In this document: positions 8,811-17,670 of the stretch, piece by piece
Layout of the letters: each line of letters opens with the position of its first letter
Position numbering within the stretch: the first letter of the stretch is position 1
Origin: Candidatus Obscuribacteraceae bacterium
GTDB taxonomy: Bacteria > Cyanobacteriota > Vampirovibrionia > Obscuribacterales > Obscuribacteraceae
Direction: 5' to 3'
Length of the DNA stretch: 42,984 nucleotides
NCBI GenBank assembly: GCA_044229845.1
Contig: JBGASG010000019.1
Location: 1 to 42,984, forward strand
The notes under the pieces: generated by a model
The model's database searches: none
Told to the model about the DNA's origin: nothing
What the model saw: the letters and a program-made list of their open reading frames with translations, nothing else
Made by a program: the position numbers and the translations under genes

Positions 8811-8948
8811 GGACATCTCCTTGTGCTCTGACTAGTATCAAATACGGTGTCGCCCGTTCTACATATTATGCAAACACAGTTATCGGACATTTGTATATAC
8901 GATCGATAGCTATGTTCTTTTCTAAATCACCAATTGTCTATATGCCAG

Positions 8949-8987
8949 AAAAAATTACAAGGTCACGGACTGAGCCGTGACCTTGTA
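8949..8987 (-). terminator. Rho-independent terminator of the H1-like gene
   Basis: Perfect 13-bp stem TACAAGGTCACGG/CCGTGACCTTGTA followed on the minus strand by a U-run. Confidence 0.85.
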
Positions 8988-9017
8988 TCACTTCGTGGAT
9001 TCCTTAGGATTCCTGCT

Positions 9018-9647
9018 TTAGCCTTCGGTGCTCCCGCCGTTCATCCCGGCTGTCGCTGCGGCTGCTGCTTTTTTCGTTCCGCGTTTGGCGCCCGCTTTTT
9101 TGGTGGTGGTGCGCTTTTTGGCTCCGCCAGCTTTTTTGGTGGCCTTACGGGCTGTTCCGCTTTTCTTAGCCGTTGTTGCTTTTTTAGCAGCAGGCTTTTT
9201 GGCGGTCGACTTTTTAGCGGTCGACTTCTTAGCGGTGGTTTTGCGAGCCGCAGCTTTTTTCGCTGGAGCCTTGGCGGCTGTAGCTTTTTTAGCGGCGGGC
9301 TTGCGGGTCGTTTTCTTGGCGCCAGTGGCTTTTTTAGCGGTAGATTTGCGAGCAGTGCTCTTCTTCGCTGGTTTCGCTGCAGCAGCTTTTTTCGCGGCTG
9401 GTTTGCGAGTGGTCTTCTTGGCGGTAGTAGCCTTCTTAGCAGTAGACTTCTTAGCCGTTGCTTTCTTCGCAGCAGGCTTAGCTGCGGCGGTCGTTGTTTT
9501 CTTCTTGGTAGTACGCTTGGCTGCCGCACGTTTCGGCGACTTCTTAGCGGCTTTCGCCGGTCCGCCCATCGACTCGTTCATGACGGCCGAAGCCGTTGTC
9601 GATTTCTTTTTGGCGGCTTTCCGTTTTCTGGGCCGTTTCGCTGCCAT
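9018..9647 (-). CDS. Histone H1-like (Hc2/AlgP-type) Lys/Ala/Thr-rich DNA-binding protein
   Basis: AAGGAGG RBS before ATG 9647; dominated by KKSTA/KKATA/KPAAKK pentapeptide-like repeats; no globular domain. Confidence 0.85.
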   Translation of the reverse strand: MAAKRPRKRKAAKKKSTTASAVMNESMGGPAKAAKKSPKRAAAKRTTKKKTTTAAAKPAAKKATAKKSTAKKATTAKKTTRKPAAKKAAAAKPAKKSTARKSTAKKATGAKKTTRKPAAKKATAAKAPAKKAAARKTTAKKSTAKKSTAKKPAAKKATTAKKSGTARKATKKAGGAKKRTTTKKAGAKRGTKKAAAAATAGMNGGSTEG

Positions 9648-10127
9648 TGAATGTTCCTCCTTGATATTTGTGGCGCACAGAGTATGTCTGCAATGCATAG
9701 GCTTTGCAGGTGCATCGCCGCTAGGGCTATGTGATTTTCTGTGCCACCACTTTCAGTGAGAGTTGTTTTTACTCTCGTTGATCACACCACACATGAAATA
9801 CATTATTTTATATGCCCGGAAATTGCAAGAGCACAACTTGGTCGATCCGAGGTCTCCAGCGATTGTTTTGGCAGTCATCGGCTGTGGTGTCACGCTCTGC
9901 GATCCGCTATTCATGCGGATTCGCGCGTGCGATCTGCGCTAATCGACCGGCGAAAATGGCTCCGAAAAATTTTCATCTTTGGGCAAAAAATTTTTTCAGG
10001 GGTCTTTACGAACTTCCCCTCTGATCCGCCGGCCTGAAATGGTAGTTTTCGGGTTGTGCAGTGGTTGCGAGCAGGCACCATCAGTAGTGGCAAATCGGTC
10101 GCGCCTGATTTGCCTAAGTCTGAGTCT

Positions 10128-11117
10128 TTATAGGACTTTTGCTCCGGCATAACCAAAGGCCGATCTGAAGCTTTCCGTCTGCACTTGTTTCAGTTCTGAG
10201 AACTCGATAACGTCGTTGTCGATCAACCTTTCGTATTCGCCCGGTAGCGTACACGGTGCCGGATTACGGCCGGGGTTGTCGGTACAGATCGCGATCGCTA
10301 CCCCGTGCTCGCGGCAACGGTCGAAAACCGTGCGCAGTGCCGATAAATCCTTGAGAACACCGGTCTGCCGATAGCTGGTTGGGCAAACTTCGAGGGTGAT
10401 ATTCCGTTTGGACAATTCCTTGAGCAAGTCCGGTCTGACCAGAGGAATATGTATCCCATGGCCTATGCGATCAAGGACTGGGAAATATTGGTCATGCACG
10501 TTATCGATGCTGGTCTCTCCCAGGTGGGCGGTGGTCTTCAAACCGGCTGCCCGTGCCTGTGAGAGCAATTTGACCCACTCTTCCCATTTTTCCGGTTCGA
10601 TTTCCGGACCAGCAACATCGATGCCAACCACCGGACCCAAATTTTCTTTGGCGCATTTGAGAATGGCCTCGTTCAACTCGAGAGGCAAACGTCTGTCCAA
10701 ACAGAGAATTTGCTTTACGGTGATTGGATAGTCCGCTGGGCGCGTGTTTGCGGTGATCATCTCGACAATTAGATTCATCTGACCGATACGTTTGTCGACG
10801 GACATCTTGCGATCGGTTCTGAAGTAAGGGTTATGTCTCAGCTCAAGATACTGGACGTTTTCAAACGTATAGGCGCCGCGGCACAATCGTTTGCAGAAAT
10901 AGGGCAGGTGATCCAGGCTCTGCAGCTCTTCCACGAGGCTGTGGATCTTCACGAACTCTTCCAGCGTCCGACACGGACGTGTGAACCAGTTATAAAACCC
11001 ATCGTATTCAGGAAAGTATTGCAAGATCGGGTGGTCATTGTTTTGCAGGAACTTGTAAATGATTCTCGGGTGTAAGGCACCCCCGAGATGCCGGTGCAAG
11101 TCTGCGTAAAGAGCCAT
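10128..11117 (-). CDS. add: Adenosine/adenine deaminase family protein
   Basis: DLHRHLGG, YLELRHNP, VVGIDVAGPE, TAHLGET, RIGHG, LEVCPTS, ICTDNP. Confidence 0.92.
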   Translation of the reverse strand: MALYADLHRHLGGALHPRIIYKFLQNNDHPILQYFPEYDGFYNWFTRPCRTLEEFVKIHSLVEELQSLDHLPYFCKRLCRGAYTFENVQYLELRHNPYFRTDRKMSVDKRIGQMNLIVEMITANTRPADYPITVKQILCLDRRLPLELNEAILKCAKENLGPVVGIDVAGPEIEPEKWEEWVKLLSQARAAGLKTTAHLGETSIDNVHDQYFPVLDRIGHGIHIPLVRPDLLKELSKRNITLEVCPTSYRQTGVLKDLSALRTVFDRCREHGVAIAICTDNPGRNPAPCTLPGEYERLIDNDVIEFSELKQVQTESFRSAFGYAGAKVL

Positions 11118-11188
11118 GGGTGCCACCTTTTTGAATTGAGCTGAAACCGATTGAACCGAATGAAGACTATCTGGATGTCATTGCAATT

Positions 11189-14100
11189 TTAGAACCACTC
11201 GGACGCACTTTCACACCTGGCTACTCCGTCCGAGTCTCGACAGAGCGAGTACATTTCTTTTGCTTCCCGCCAGCGTTTGAGAAGTTCGTAATATTCTGCC
11301 GCCTTTTTCCACTGTTTGCAGCGTTTGAAACATTCTGCCGCTTCTTCGAACCTGGACGACTGCGCGTAGAGATCTCCGGCCAGCTGAAACTTTCTTGCAC
11401 GCTCAAAACATTCAGCGGCTTTTCCGAACATCATGGCTGATCTGTAGCGATCTCCGGCTTTGGACCACTCAGAGAGGTCCTCGTACACCGCTCCTGCCAG
11501 ATCTGCGCGCCGTTGTGATTCGGCCCATTCGGCAAGTTGGCGTCTGAGATCTGGAATCTGCTCTCGATTTTTGAATGCCGGTATGCCTCGGGCAACCTCG
11601 AGCGCCAGATCTCTTTGAGCACTGAGCAAATACAGGCGCGCTGCTTCCAATCGCTTGCCTAATCGCGCCAGCAGCGCTGCTGCGGCTGGCAGGTTGGCCG
11701 CCTGCAGGTACTTTTGTGCAGCTTCTTCAAATCGCTCCAGTTTTTCCAGACAGTAGGCTGCTTCGTTGTTGCACGCAGCTTGCAAGTAATACTGCAGCGC
11801 CTGCTCATAGTTGCTCAGCCGCTCATAACAATTCGCAATGCGTCGGGGCTCACCGGCTTCCAGGCGCAAGGTCAGCGCGTTTTGCCAATCGCCCCCGGTT
11901 TCGAAGCAAGCGGCCGCTCTGGACTGATCGCCGGCATTCAGGTAGGCGCCGGCTGCATTGATCCAATCTTGAGCCGACTCGTAAGTTTCTCCAGCAGCAG
12001 CAAAGTCTTCAGCATATTCTCGTGCGCGGGCTGCTTGTGAAAGTAGCCCGGCGCGCAAAAACATCTCTGCGGCTTGTTCGAAGCAGTGTGCCTTTTCAAA
12101 ACAACGTGCGGCATCGGACCACGCTGAGACGTCGACGAATAATTCTGCCGCCTGCTCGTATTGCTCTGCCTGTTCAAAACTTTGCGCAGCTTCCTTCTTT
12201 TCGTCGGCCCTGAGAAACATCTCAGCTGCCTGTTCAAATTCTTCCGCGGCACTAAGCACTGCAGCGGCGTCCGACCAGCTCTCACCGGCCTGAAAATGAT
12301 GGGCGGCATTTTGCCAGGACTGTGCGCGTGCAAAACATCGTGCTGCGTCCAGAGATTCGTTCGCTTGCGCGAAGCATTCTGCGGCCCGCAACCATTGGTG
12401 GTGCTGCTCGTAAATCTGGGCAGCTTGCAGATGCCGGCCTGCCAGTGCATAACAACGCGCGCATTCCAGTGGTGCGCCATCGGCTTCGAAAGCCTCTGCT
12501 GCGCCTATAAAATCACCTACGGCCTCCAGACATTGACCGAGCGCGTTGAAGAGGTTCGTTTGCCTTATATAAGGAATAGCGTGTTCGAAGTCTTTTATCT
12601 CTTGATAAGCCAGTCCGAGATTGCGCCAGTCGCGGCATTTTTCCCACAGGCGCAGGGCGATCTCTCGAGGACGTTTCTGTCCGGTGCGCTGAAACTGCTT
12701 CCAGGCTTCCTGGGCGCGCAGTCGCTCCAGAAAGATGACGTGATAGTTGGGCAGATATTTTTCTCGCTGATCGAAAAAATCCTGCAGCGCCCTTCTAGAG
12801 TCATCGACGATCTGAAAGAAACTGCAAAACAGTTCGAACTTATCGCCTAACAATTCTTTTGCTCGCTGCCAATCTTCTGAGGTGAGAAACACCAGGAGAC
12901 TCTGACGAGCGCGGGTGACCGCCATATACCAGAGGTCGAAAAGGCGCGCTGTGGCGGCGTTTTCGATATCGACCGGCGAACTGAAGAGCCGGTAGATGAT
13001 GACGTCTTCGAACTCCATACCTTTTGCTGCATGCAGCGACAGTAAAAATGCCGGGCCCTCACTGGCAGTGTTGTCTGCTTCTTTGATACGCCGCATGTAG
13101 TGTTCGTCTTCGCAGAGAATCACCAGGGGCGAAGTGATTGTCAAAGCGCCTTCACCCGCATCAGGAGCGAGTGTGCGCAAAAACGCCGTGAACTCTTTTT
13201 CTTCACCGATAACCAGAGTCGGTTTTCTTCCCCTGATTGCGGGCGGATCATCTGCCGCGGCCGAATCAGGCGAAAGTTGACGGAAAAATTCTCCGAGCGC
13301 AAAAATCTCACGCGTATTGCGAAAGTTTTGATGCAGTTGAATCTTCTCAAATGCGCTGGGGCGGTGGATTTTGCGCAAAATTCGTTCGACGTAGCTGTCC
13401 ACTTCTTGCCAGCGAAACCCGGAGCGCGAAATGTTCTGGTTGCGATCGCCGGACAAAAATGGATACCCAGGATTATTTGCTTGTCGGATGCAATTGTTTT
13501 CCCAGAAAAGCAAAAGCGATTTCCACTCCAGCTCCGTGAAGTCTTGCAGCTCGTCAATCACTATCCATGCCGGTTCTGTTTGATCTGAGAGTGCGGCTCG
13601 ATTTTTTAGCGAGTCATAGCAGAAGCGAATCAGGTCTGCTTCATCCTTATGGTTGAATACCGCCAACTTTTGCTCATAGGCGGCGAATATTTCGAGAATC
13701 TCTTCAAAGTTGTCAGGCGCGCTGCCGTAGCCTTTGAGAATTCGACGGAATTCCTCTGGAGAGCTCGCCAGTTGGTCGCTTCCGGGTACAAACCGACCTT
13801 TCAAAATTGAATAGAAATATCCGTAGATATCTTCGGCGTTAAAAGCGCGCGACCAGCGCGGTCGTGAGTTGAGAATCTCGTCGATGTGCCTGATGCTCAT
13901 ATCGCGATTCACCCAGCTCCATTGAGTTGGAGCATCGGCAATTTGTTTGCGCAGGTAGTGGCGGCAAAATTCCAGATAGGAGTAGACGTGCAGCCGCTTC
14001 CGCGGTCTGTCCTGATCTGTGGACTCGTCGTCGGAAGCATTAGTCAGATTGACTGCATAACAGCGACAGACGCAGGCAAGCTCTTCCTGATATGTGAAAA

Positions 14101-14761
14101 GTAGAACGTCGCCGGGCAATTGCGATTCGTAGAGGTTGAGTGCGTGAAACAGTGCCAGCGTGGTTTTGCCGGTACCGGCAGATCCCTGCACCAGAAAGGC
14201 TCGATCGCTTTTCCCGAGCAATTCCTGCTGTTGAGGAGTGAGGCGCAGATACCGATCGATGTTCGGTTCGAAAGCGTAAAACTTCTGGGGTTCGCTGAAT
14301 ATTTGCTCAGGGATTCTGAACAGAATCAAACCATCGACCAGTGCTGAGTCACTTTTTTCTTCTTCACTTAAAGTGCGCGGCTCGATCGCGGCGCCGTCCA
14401 ACTCTACCCGTTGCAGATTGGCACTGGTCTCGGGCGTGTCGAAAAAGAGTGCCGGAACGACAGACCTTTCCACTTTCTCGTATGCATCATCGTGATGATC
14501 GACATCCCAGATGACCAGCGATGTAGACTGATCGTCGGCCGACATTGAGAAGATCACTCTTATGTCTACGTTCAGGCGCGCCGAATAGACCTTCCCGCGG
14601 CTTGTGTGAAGTTTCTCCACACGCAAGCCGGGAATGTCGAACTGTCCCGATTTGAGTTTATGAAGCAGTTGCCAAAATTTACGGTTGTAATTTTGGCCCA
14701 GTAGAGTATGTAACGCGACACGCACGCGTGGGGCAATATAGACATGATCGAAACCTACCAT
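11189..14761 (-). CDS. RelE-like N-domain + UvrD/SF1 helicase + C-terminal TPR/SNAP-like helical repeats
   Basis: N-term GLRVEKL..VYSARLNVDIRVI..DVDHHDDAY; GSAGTGKT, IDELQD, GDRNQNI, QNFRN, HAAKGMEF, YMAVTRAR; about 480 aa of ~13-residue AAExF..A repeats. Confidence 0.88.
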   Translation of the reverse strand: MVGFDHVYIAPRVRVALHTLLGQNYNRKFWQLLHKLKSGQFDIPGLRVEKLHTSRGKVYSARLNVDIRVIFSMSADDQSTSLVIWDVDHHDDAYEKVERSVVPALFFDTPETSANLQRVELDGAAIEPRTLSEEEKSDSALVDGLILFRIPEQIFSEPQKFYAFEPNIDRYLRLTPQQQELLGKSDRAFLVQGSAGTGKTTLALFHALNLYESQLPGDVLLFTYQEELACVCRCYAVNLTNASDDESTDQDRPRKRLHVYSYLEFCRHYLRKQIADAPTQWSWVNRDMSIRHIDEILNSRPRWSRAFNAEDIYGYFYSILKGRFVPGSDQLASSPEEFRRILKGYGSAPDNFEEILEIFAAYEQKLAVFNHKDEADLIRFCYDSLKNRAALSDQTEPAWIVIDELQDFTELEWKSLLLFWENNCIRQANNPGYPFLSGDRNQNISRSGFRWQEVDSYVERILRKIHRPSAFEKIQLHQNFRNTREIFALGEFFRQLSPDSAAADDPPAIRGRKPTLVIGEEKEFTAFLRTLAPDAGEGALTITSPLVILCEDEHYMRRIKEADNTASEGPAFLLSLHAAKGMEFEDVIIYRLFSSPVDIENAATARLFDLWYMAVTRARQSLLVFLTSEDWQRAKELLGDKFELFCSFFQIVDDSRRALQDFFDQREKYLPNYHVIFLERLRAQEAWKQFQRTGQKRPREIALRLWEKCRDWRNLGLAYQEIKDFEHAIPYIRQTNLFNALGQCLEAVGDFIGAAEAFEADGAPLECARCYALAGRHLQAAQIYEQHHQWLRAAECFAQANESLDAARCFARAQSWQNAAHHFQAGESWSDAAAVLSAAEEFEQAAEMFLRADEKKEAAQSFEQAEQYEQAAELFVDVSAWSDAARCFEKAHCFEQAAEMFLRAGLLSQAARAREYAEDFAAAGETYESAQDWINAAGAYLNAGDQSRAAACFETGGDWQNALTLRLEAGEPRRIANCYERLSNYEQALQYYLQAACNNEAAYCLEKLERFEEAAQKYLQAANLPAAAALLARLGKRLEAARLYLLSAQRDLALEVARGIPAFKNREQIPDLRRQLAEWAESQRRADLAGAVYEDLSEWSKAGDRYRSAMMFGKAAECFERARKFQLAGDLYAQSSRFEEAAECFKRCKQWKKAAEYYELLKRWREAKEMYSLCRDSDGVARCESASEWF

Positions 14762-14932
14762 TGGTCAGCAATCTGCAGAATTAATCGAGTCAGAATCGGC
14801 GATATTGTCATTTGGGCTTCTAACTATATATGGCTTTACGGGGCTGTATATGCGACCTCTTTTCTACCGCGCAAAACCTGATAAAAAGCCCGGAGAGGGC
14901 TCGCCTTAAATGAGATCACTTAGGAGTTTGCG

Positions 14933-15142
14933 ATGAGAAAGAGTACGGCGTTGAGCCTTCTGGCCGTAATGGCACTGACGATGAGTTGTGGCGTAGCTTC
15001 TGCTGACGACAACAAGATGGTGGAAGGTGCTAAGAAAATCGGCAGAGGCATCATGTGGGGACCCAAGAAGCTGGCAGCCGGTCTGAAAAAGGGCGCCACG
15101 GCCATGGGCAATGGTGCCAAAAAGCTGGTCGGTAAAGGCTAA
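14933..15142 (+). CDS. Small exported basic protein
   Basis: GGAG RBS, signal peptide ending ASA|DD, followed by a terminator. Confidence 0.75.
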   Translation: MRKSTALSLLAVMALTMSCGVASADDNKMVEGAKKIGRGIMWGPKKLAAGLKKGATAMGNGAKKLVGKG

Positions 15143-15172
15143 AGCTCAGCAATTAGCTGAATATCAAGTTTC

Positions 15173-15205
15173 GGAAGAGCTTTCGTGAGAAAGCTCTTCC
15201 TTTTT
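15173..15205 (+). terminator. Rho-independent terminator
   Basis: GGAAGAGCTTTC-GTGA-GAAAGCTCTTCC-TTTTT. Confidence 0.9.
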
Positions 15206-15258
15206 GTTGGGCCCGATGTAGGCGACTGCCGGTGATCCGGGCGATACCGCATATGGTA

Positions 15259-16098
15259 TCACTCTCGATCGAGGGCCGTATGCGCGGCATCTACAACTGT
15301 GCCGGCATCCAGTACGGCTCCTGCATCTTTGCTTTTCACTTCTTCCGCTGCTGCCAACTTGAAGTGAGCCAGAAATTCTATGTTGCCCTTCGGTCCTTTA
15401 ACGGGCGAATAAGACAACTGCACGGCGACGAAACCGCTGGCGCGGGCACCGGCGATCACATCGGTCAATATCGACTGGTGTGCGTCGCGCCCGCGCACGA
15501 CGCCCCCTTTGCCGACTTTGTCCTTGCCGGCTTCGAACTGCGGTTTTACCAGAGCAACTATGTCCCCGTCCGGTGTCAGTAAAGTCTTCAGTGCAGGCAA
15601 AATCTTCAGCAGCGAAATAAACGACACATCGATGACTGCCAGTGAAATCTCAACATCGTCGTTGAGCAGCTCGCGAGTTATGTAGCGTGCATTCACCCGC
15701 TCCAGGACCACGACCCGGCTGTCATTGCGGAGAGCCCAGTCCAGCTGACCGTATCCGACATCGACGGCATAAACTCGTCGGGCACCATTTTGCAGCAGGC
15801 AGTCGGTGAAACCGCCAGTGGAGGCGCCGATATCCACGCAGACGCGATTGTGTGGCTCGACACTAAAGTCGCGCAGAGCCTTTTCCAGCTTTAACCCGCC
15901 GCGGCTCACATACCGCAATGGAGCAAAGCCGGGAGCAAGTTCGATGCGTGCATCCGTGCGCACGGCTGAGCCTGGCTTCGTAGCTTTTTCGCCGTCTACC
16001 AGCACTACGCCATCCATAATGGCCGTGCGCGCCGCCTCGCGCGATGCAAATAGCCCGCGCGCCAATACCAGTGCATCTAATCGGTCGGTTTTCGCCAT
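15259..16098 (-). CDS. tlyA: TlyA family rRNA 2'-O-methyltransferase
   Basis: S4 domain RLD..L..RGL..SR; YVSRGGLKL, DIGASTGGFTD, AVDVGYGQL, DVSFISL, LVKPQFEAG, GPKGNIEF. Confidence 0.97.
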   Translation of the reverse strand: MAKTDRLDALVLARGLFASREAARTAIMDGVVLVDGEKATKPGSAVRTDARIELAPGFAPLRYVSRGGLKLEKALRDFSVEPHNRVCVDIGASTGGFTDCLLQNGARRVYAVDVGYGQLDWALRNDSRVVVLERVNARYITRELLNDDVEISLAVIDVSFISLLKILPALKTLLTPDGDIVALVKPQFEAGKDKVGKGGVVRGRDAHQSILTDVIAGARASGFVAVQLSYSPVKGPKGNIEFLAHFKLAAAEEVKSKDAGAVLDAGTVVDAAHTALDRE

Positions 16099-16193
16099 CT
16101 GTTGCCACTTGTTGCCGGCGTCGGGTTGTGTTTACCATCGGCGCCGAACGGGTGCAATCGCTCCTTGCTGTCGTAGAATAGTATCTCAGCCGC

Positions 16194-16279
16194 GGAGCAG
16201 ACCTGGCTGGATGAAGAAACCGCCTTGAAAGCGGCTGCCCTGAAAGGGGTTGGGGGTTCGAGTCCCTCCTGCTCCGCCA
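16194..16279 (+). tRNA. tRNA-Ser(TGA), type II, atypical D-arm
   Basis: Acceptor GGAGCAG/CTGCTCC + G-CCA; anticodon loop CT-TGA-AA; long variable arm; GGGGG-TTCGAGT-CCCTC T-arm; TAGAAT -10 at 16174-16179. Confidence 0.85.
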
Positions 16280-16284
16280 CTTTG

Positions 16285-16318
16285 AAACGGCGCTCGGCTC
16301 GATTGCTGGGCGCCGTTT
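16285..16318 (+). terminator. Hairpin/terminator after tRNA-Ser
   Basis: AAACGGCGCTCGGC..GCTGGGCGCCGTTT inverted repeat. Confidence 0.6.
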
Positions 16319-16333
16319 GTCACCTGACAGCTA

Positions 16334-17665
16334 ATGTCCCCGGGTGGGAGTAGGATGCAGATACGAGTCGGGCTGAAAGCCGGTGATTTGGTAAGTCGTG
16401 GACATAAGCAAGTGACCGTGGGCTCAAGCTCAACGGTTGTCGAGTTGCTCTCCGACGGGGTGTCCGGTCAAAAAATTCAAGGCACCGGACCGGTAACCAT
16501 CAGTGTTACCGCTGGCGGTGCGCTGCAGGTCAGTGGTATTACAGGCGGTGCCAAACAAACAGCCCGAGTGCGCGTCAGCGACGCGCATGGCGGACGGTTG
16601 CATCTGACGTCCACCGCTAAGACCGGCAGCAAAAAAGGACCGGTGACTTACACCGGCGCGCTGGAAGCTTTCAATCATGGGTCGTCCGGGGAGTTGCGCC
16701 TGGTCCTGGTTTGTGACCTGGAAGATTATGTCAAAGGCGTGCTGCAGTCTGAGATTCCGGCATCGTACAAGCTGGCGGCTATGGAAGCGCAAGCGGTTCT
16801 GGCTCGCACGTATGGTTTGAATCCCCGCCTCAGTCATGAACAGGATCAATGCAATGTCTGCGATTCTTTCTTGTGTTGCCAGGCTTTCGTGGGGGTGGAC
16901 GCCGGGCTGACGGCCGGGCAGTTGCAGGCGATCACGCAAACACGCGGACAGATTCTCACTTACGAAGGAAAGCCGGCTCTGGCTCTGTTCAGCGCTAACG
17001 CCGGCGGACATACTGAGAGTTATGAAAACTGCTTTTCCAATCCTGTGACCCATAAGTTTCCCGACGATCCGATTCCATACTTGCATGGAGTGGCTGAGGG
17101 AAAGCTGCCGGCAGGATTCCCATCTGAAAGCGCATTGCGCGCCTTGCACGGAGCGGCCAGTGCGGCGACTGATGACAGCTGGTCAGCGAGTTTTAAATGG
17201 ACGGCGAACTTTCCGGCCGATGCCCTGGAAGCTCATATGCATCATGTAATCGCGCAAGTGTCCAAAGAAAGTCAGTTTGCCCCCTTTGTAGTTGCCCCGC
17301 CTTCGGGATCTTTCGGGCACATCGAGCGCTTCGAAGTCAGCCGGCGCGGCATCGCCGGGGTCGCCATGGAACTCAAAATACACACATCGCAGGGCGTCTG
17401 GATCGTGCGCAAAGAATTGACCATCCGCAGTGTGTTCGCCAATCCTGAGCTGGGAGTGAAACGCCTGCGCAGTGCGCGGCTGTTTTTTGACTTTGCTCGC
17501 GACCGGCTGGGATTGCTTTCCAAAGTGACGGTCAGCGGTCTGGGAACCGGGCACGGCGTGGGCTTGCAGCAAAACGGTGCGCAGGGCTTGGCCTGCCAGG
17601 GCAAAACCTATCGAGAGATTCTCGCTCACTACTATGCCGGAGCGAGCGTGCGCCCGGTGCAGTAA
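16334..17665 (+). CDS. SpoIID/LytB domain lytic transglycosylase
   Basis: LEDYVKGVLQSEI, AMEAQAVLARTY, VCDSFLCCQAF, GGHTE, GTGHGVGLQQNGA, YREILAHYY. Confidence 0.93.
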   Translation: MSPGGSRMQIRVGLKAGDLVSRGHKQVTVGSSSTVVELLSDGVSGQKIQGTGPVTISVTAGGALQVSGITGGAKQTARVRVSDAHGGRLHLTSTAKTGSKKGPVTYTGALEAFNHGSSGELRLVLVCDLEDYVKGVLQSEIPASYKLAAMEAQAVLARTYGLNPRLSHEQDQCNVCDSFLCCQAFVGVDAGLTAGQLQAITQTRGQILTYEGKPALALFSANAGGHTESYENCFSNPVTHKFPDDPIPYLHGVAEGKLPAGFPSESALRALHGAASAATDDSWSASFKWTANFPADALEAHMHHVIAQVSKESQFAPFVVAPPSGSFGHIERFEVSRRGIAGVAMELKIHTSQGVWIVRKELTIRSVFANPELGVKRLRSARLFFDFARDRLGLLSKVTVSGLGTGHGVGLQQNGAQGLACQGKTYREILAHYYAGASVRPVQ

Positions 17666-17670
17666 TCGCC

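Noticed and set aside
8934..9759. Hydrophobic or Gly/Phe-rich + strand ORFs resembling membrane proteins
   Set aside because: Antisense of the Lys/Ala repeat gene; the RBS and terminator support the minus strand
16194..16279. tRNA-Sec or allo-tRNA
   Set aside because: The anticodon is TGA (Ser), not TCA, and the acceptor/T stems are standard 7/5
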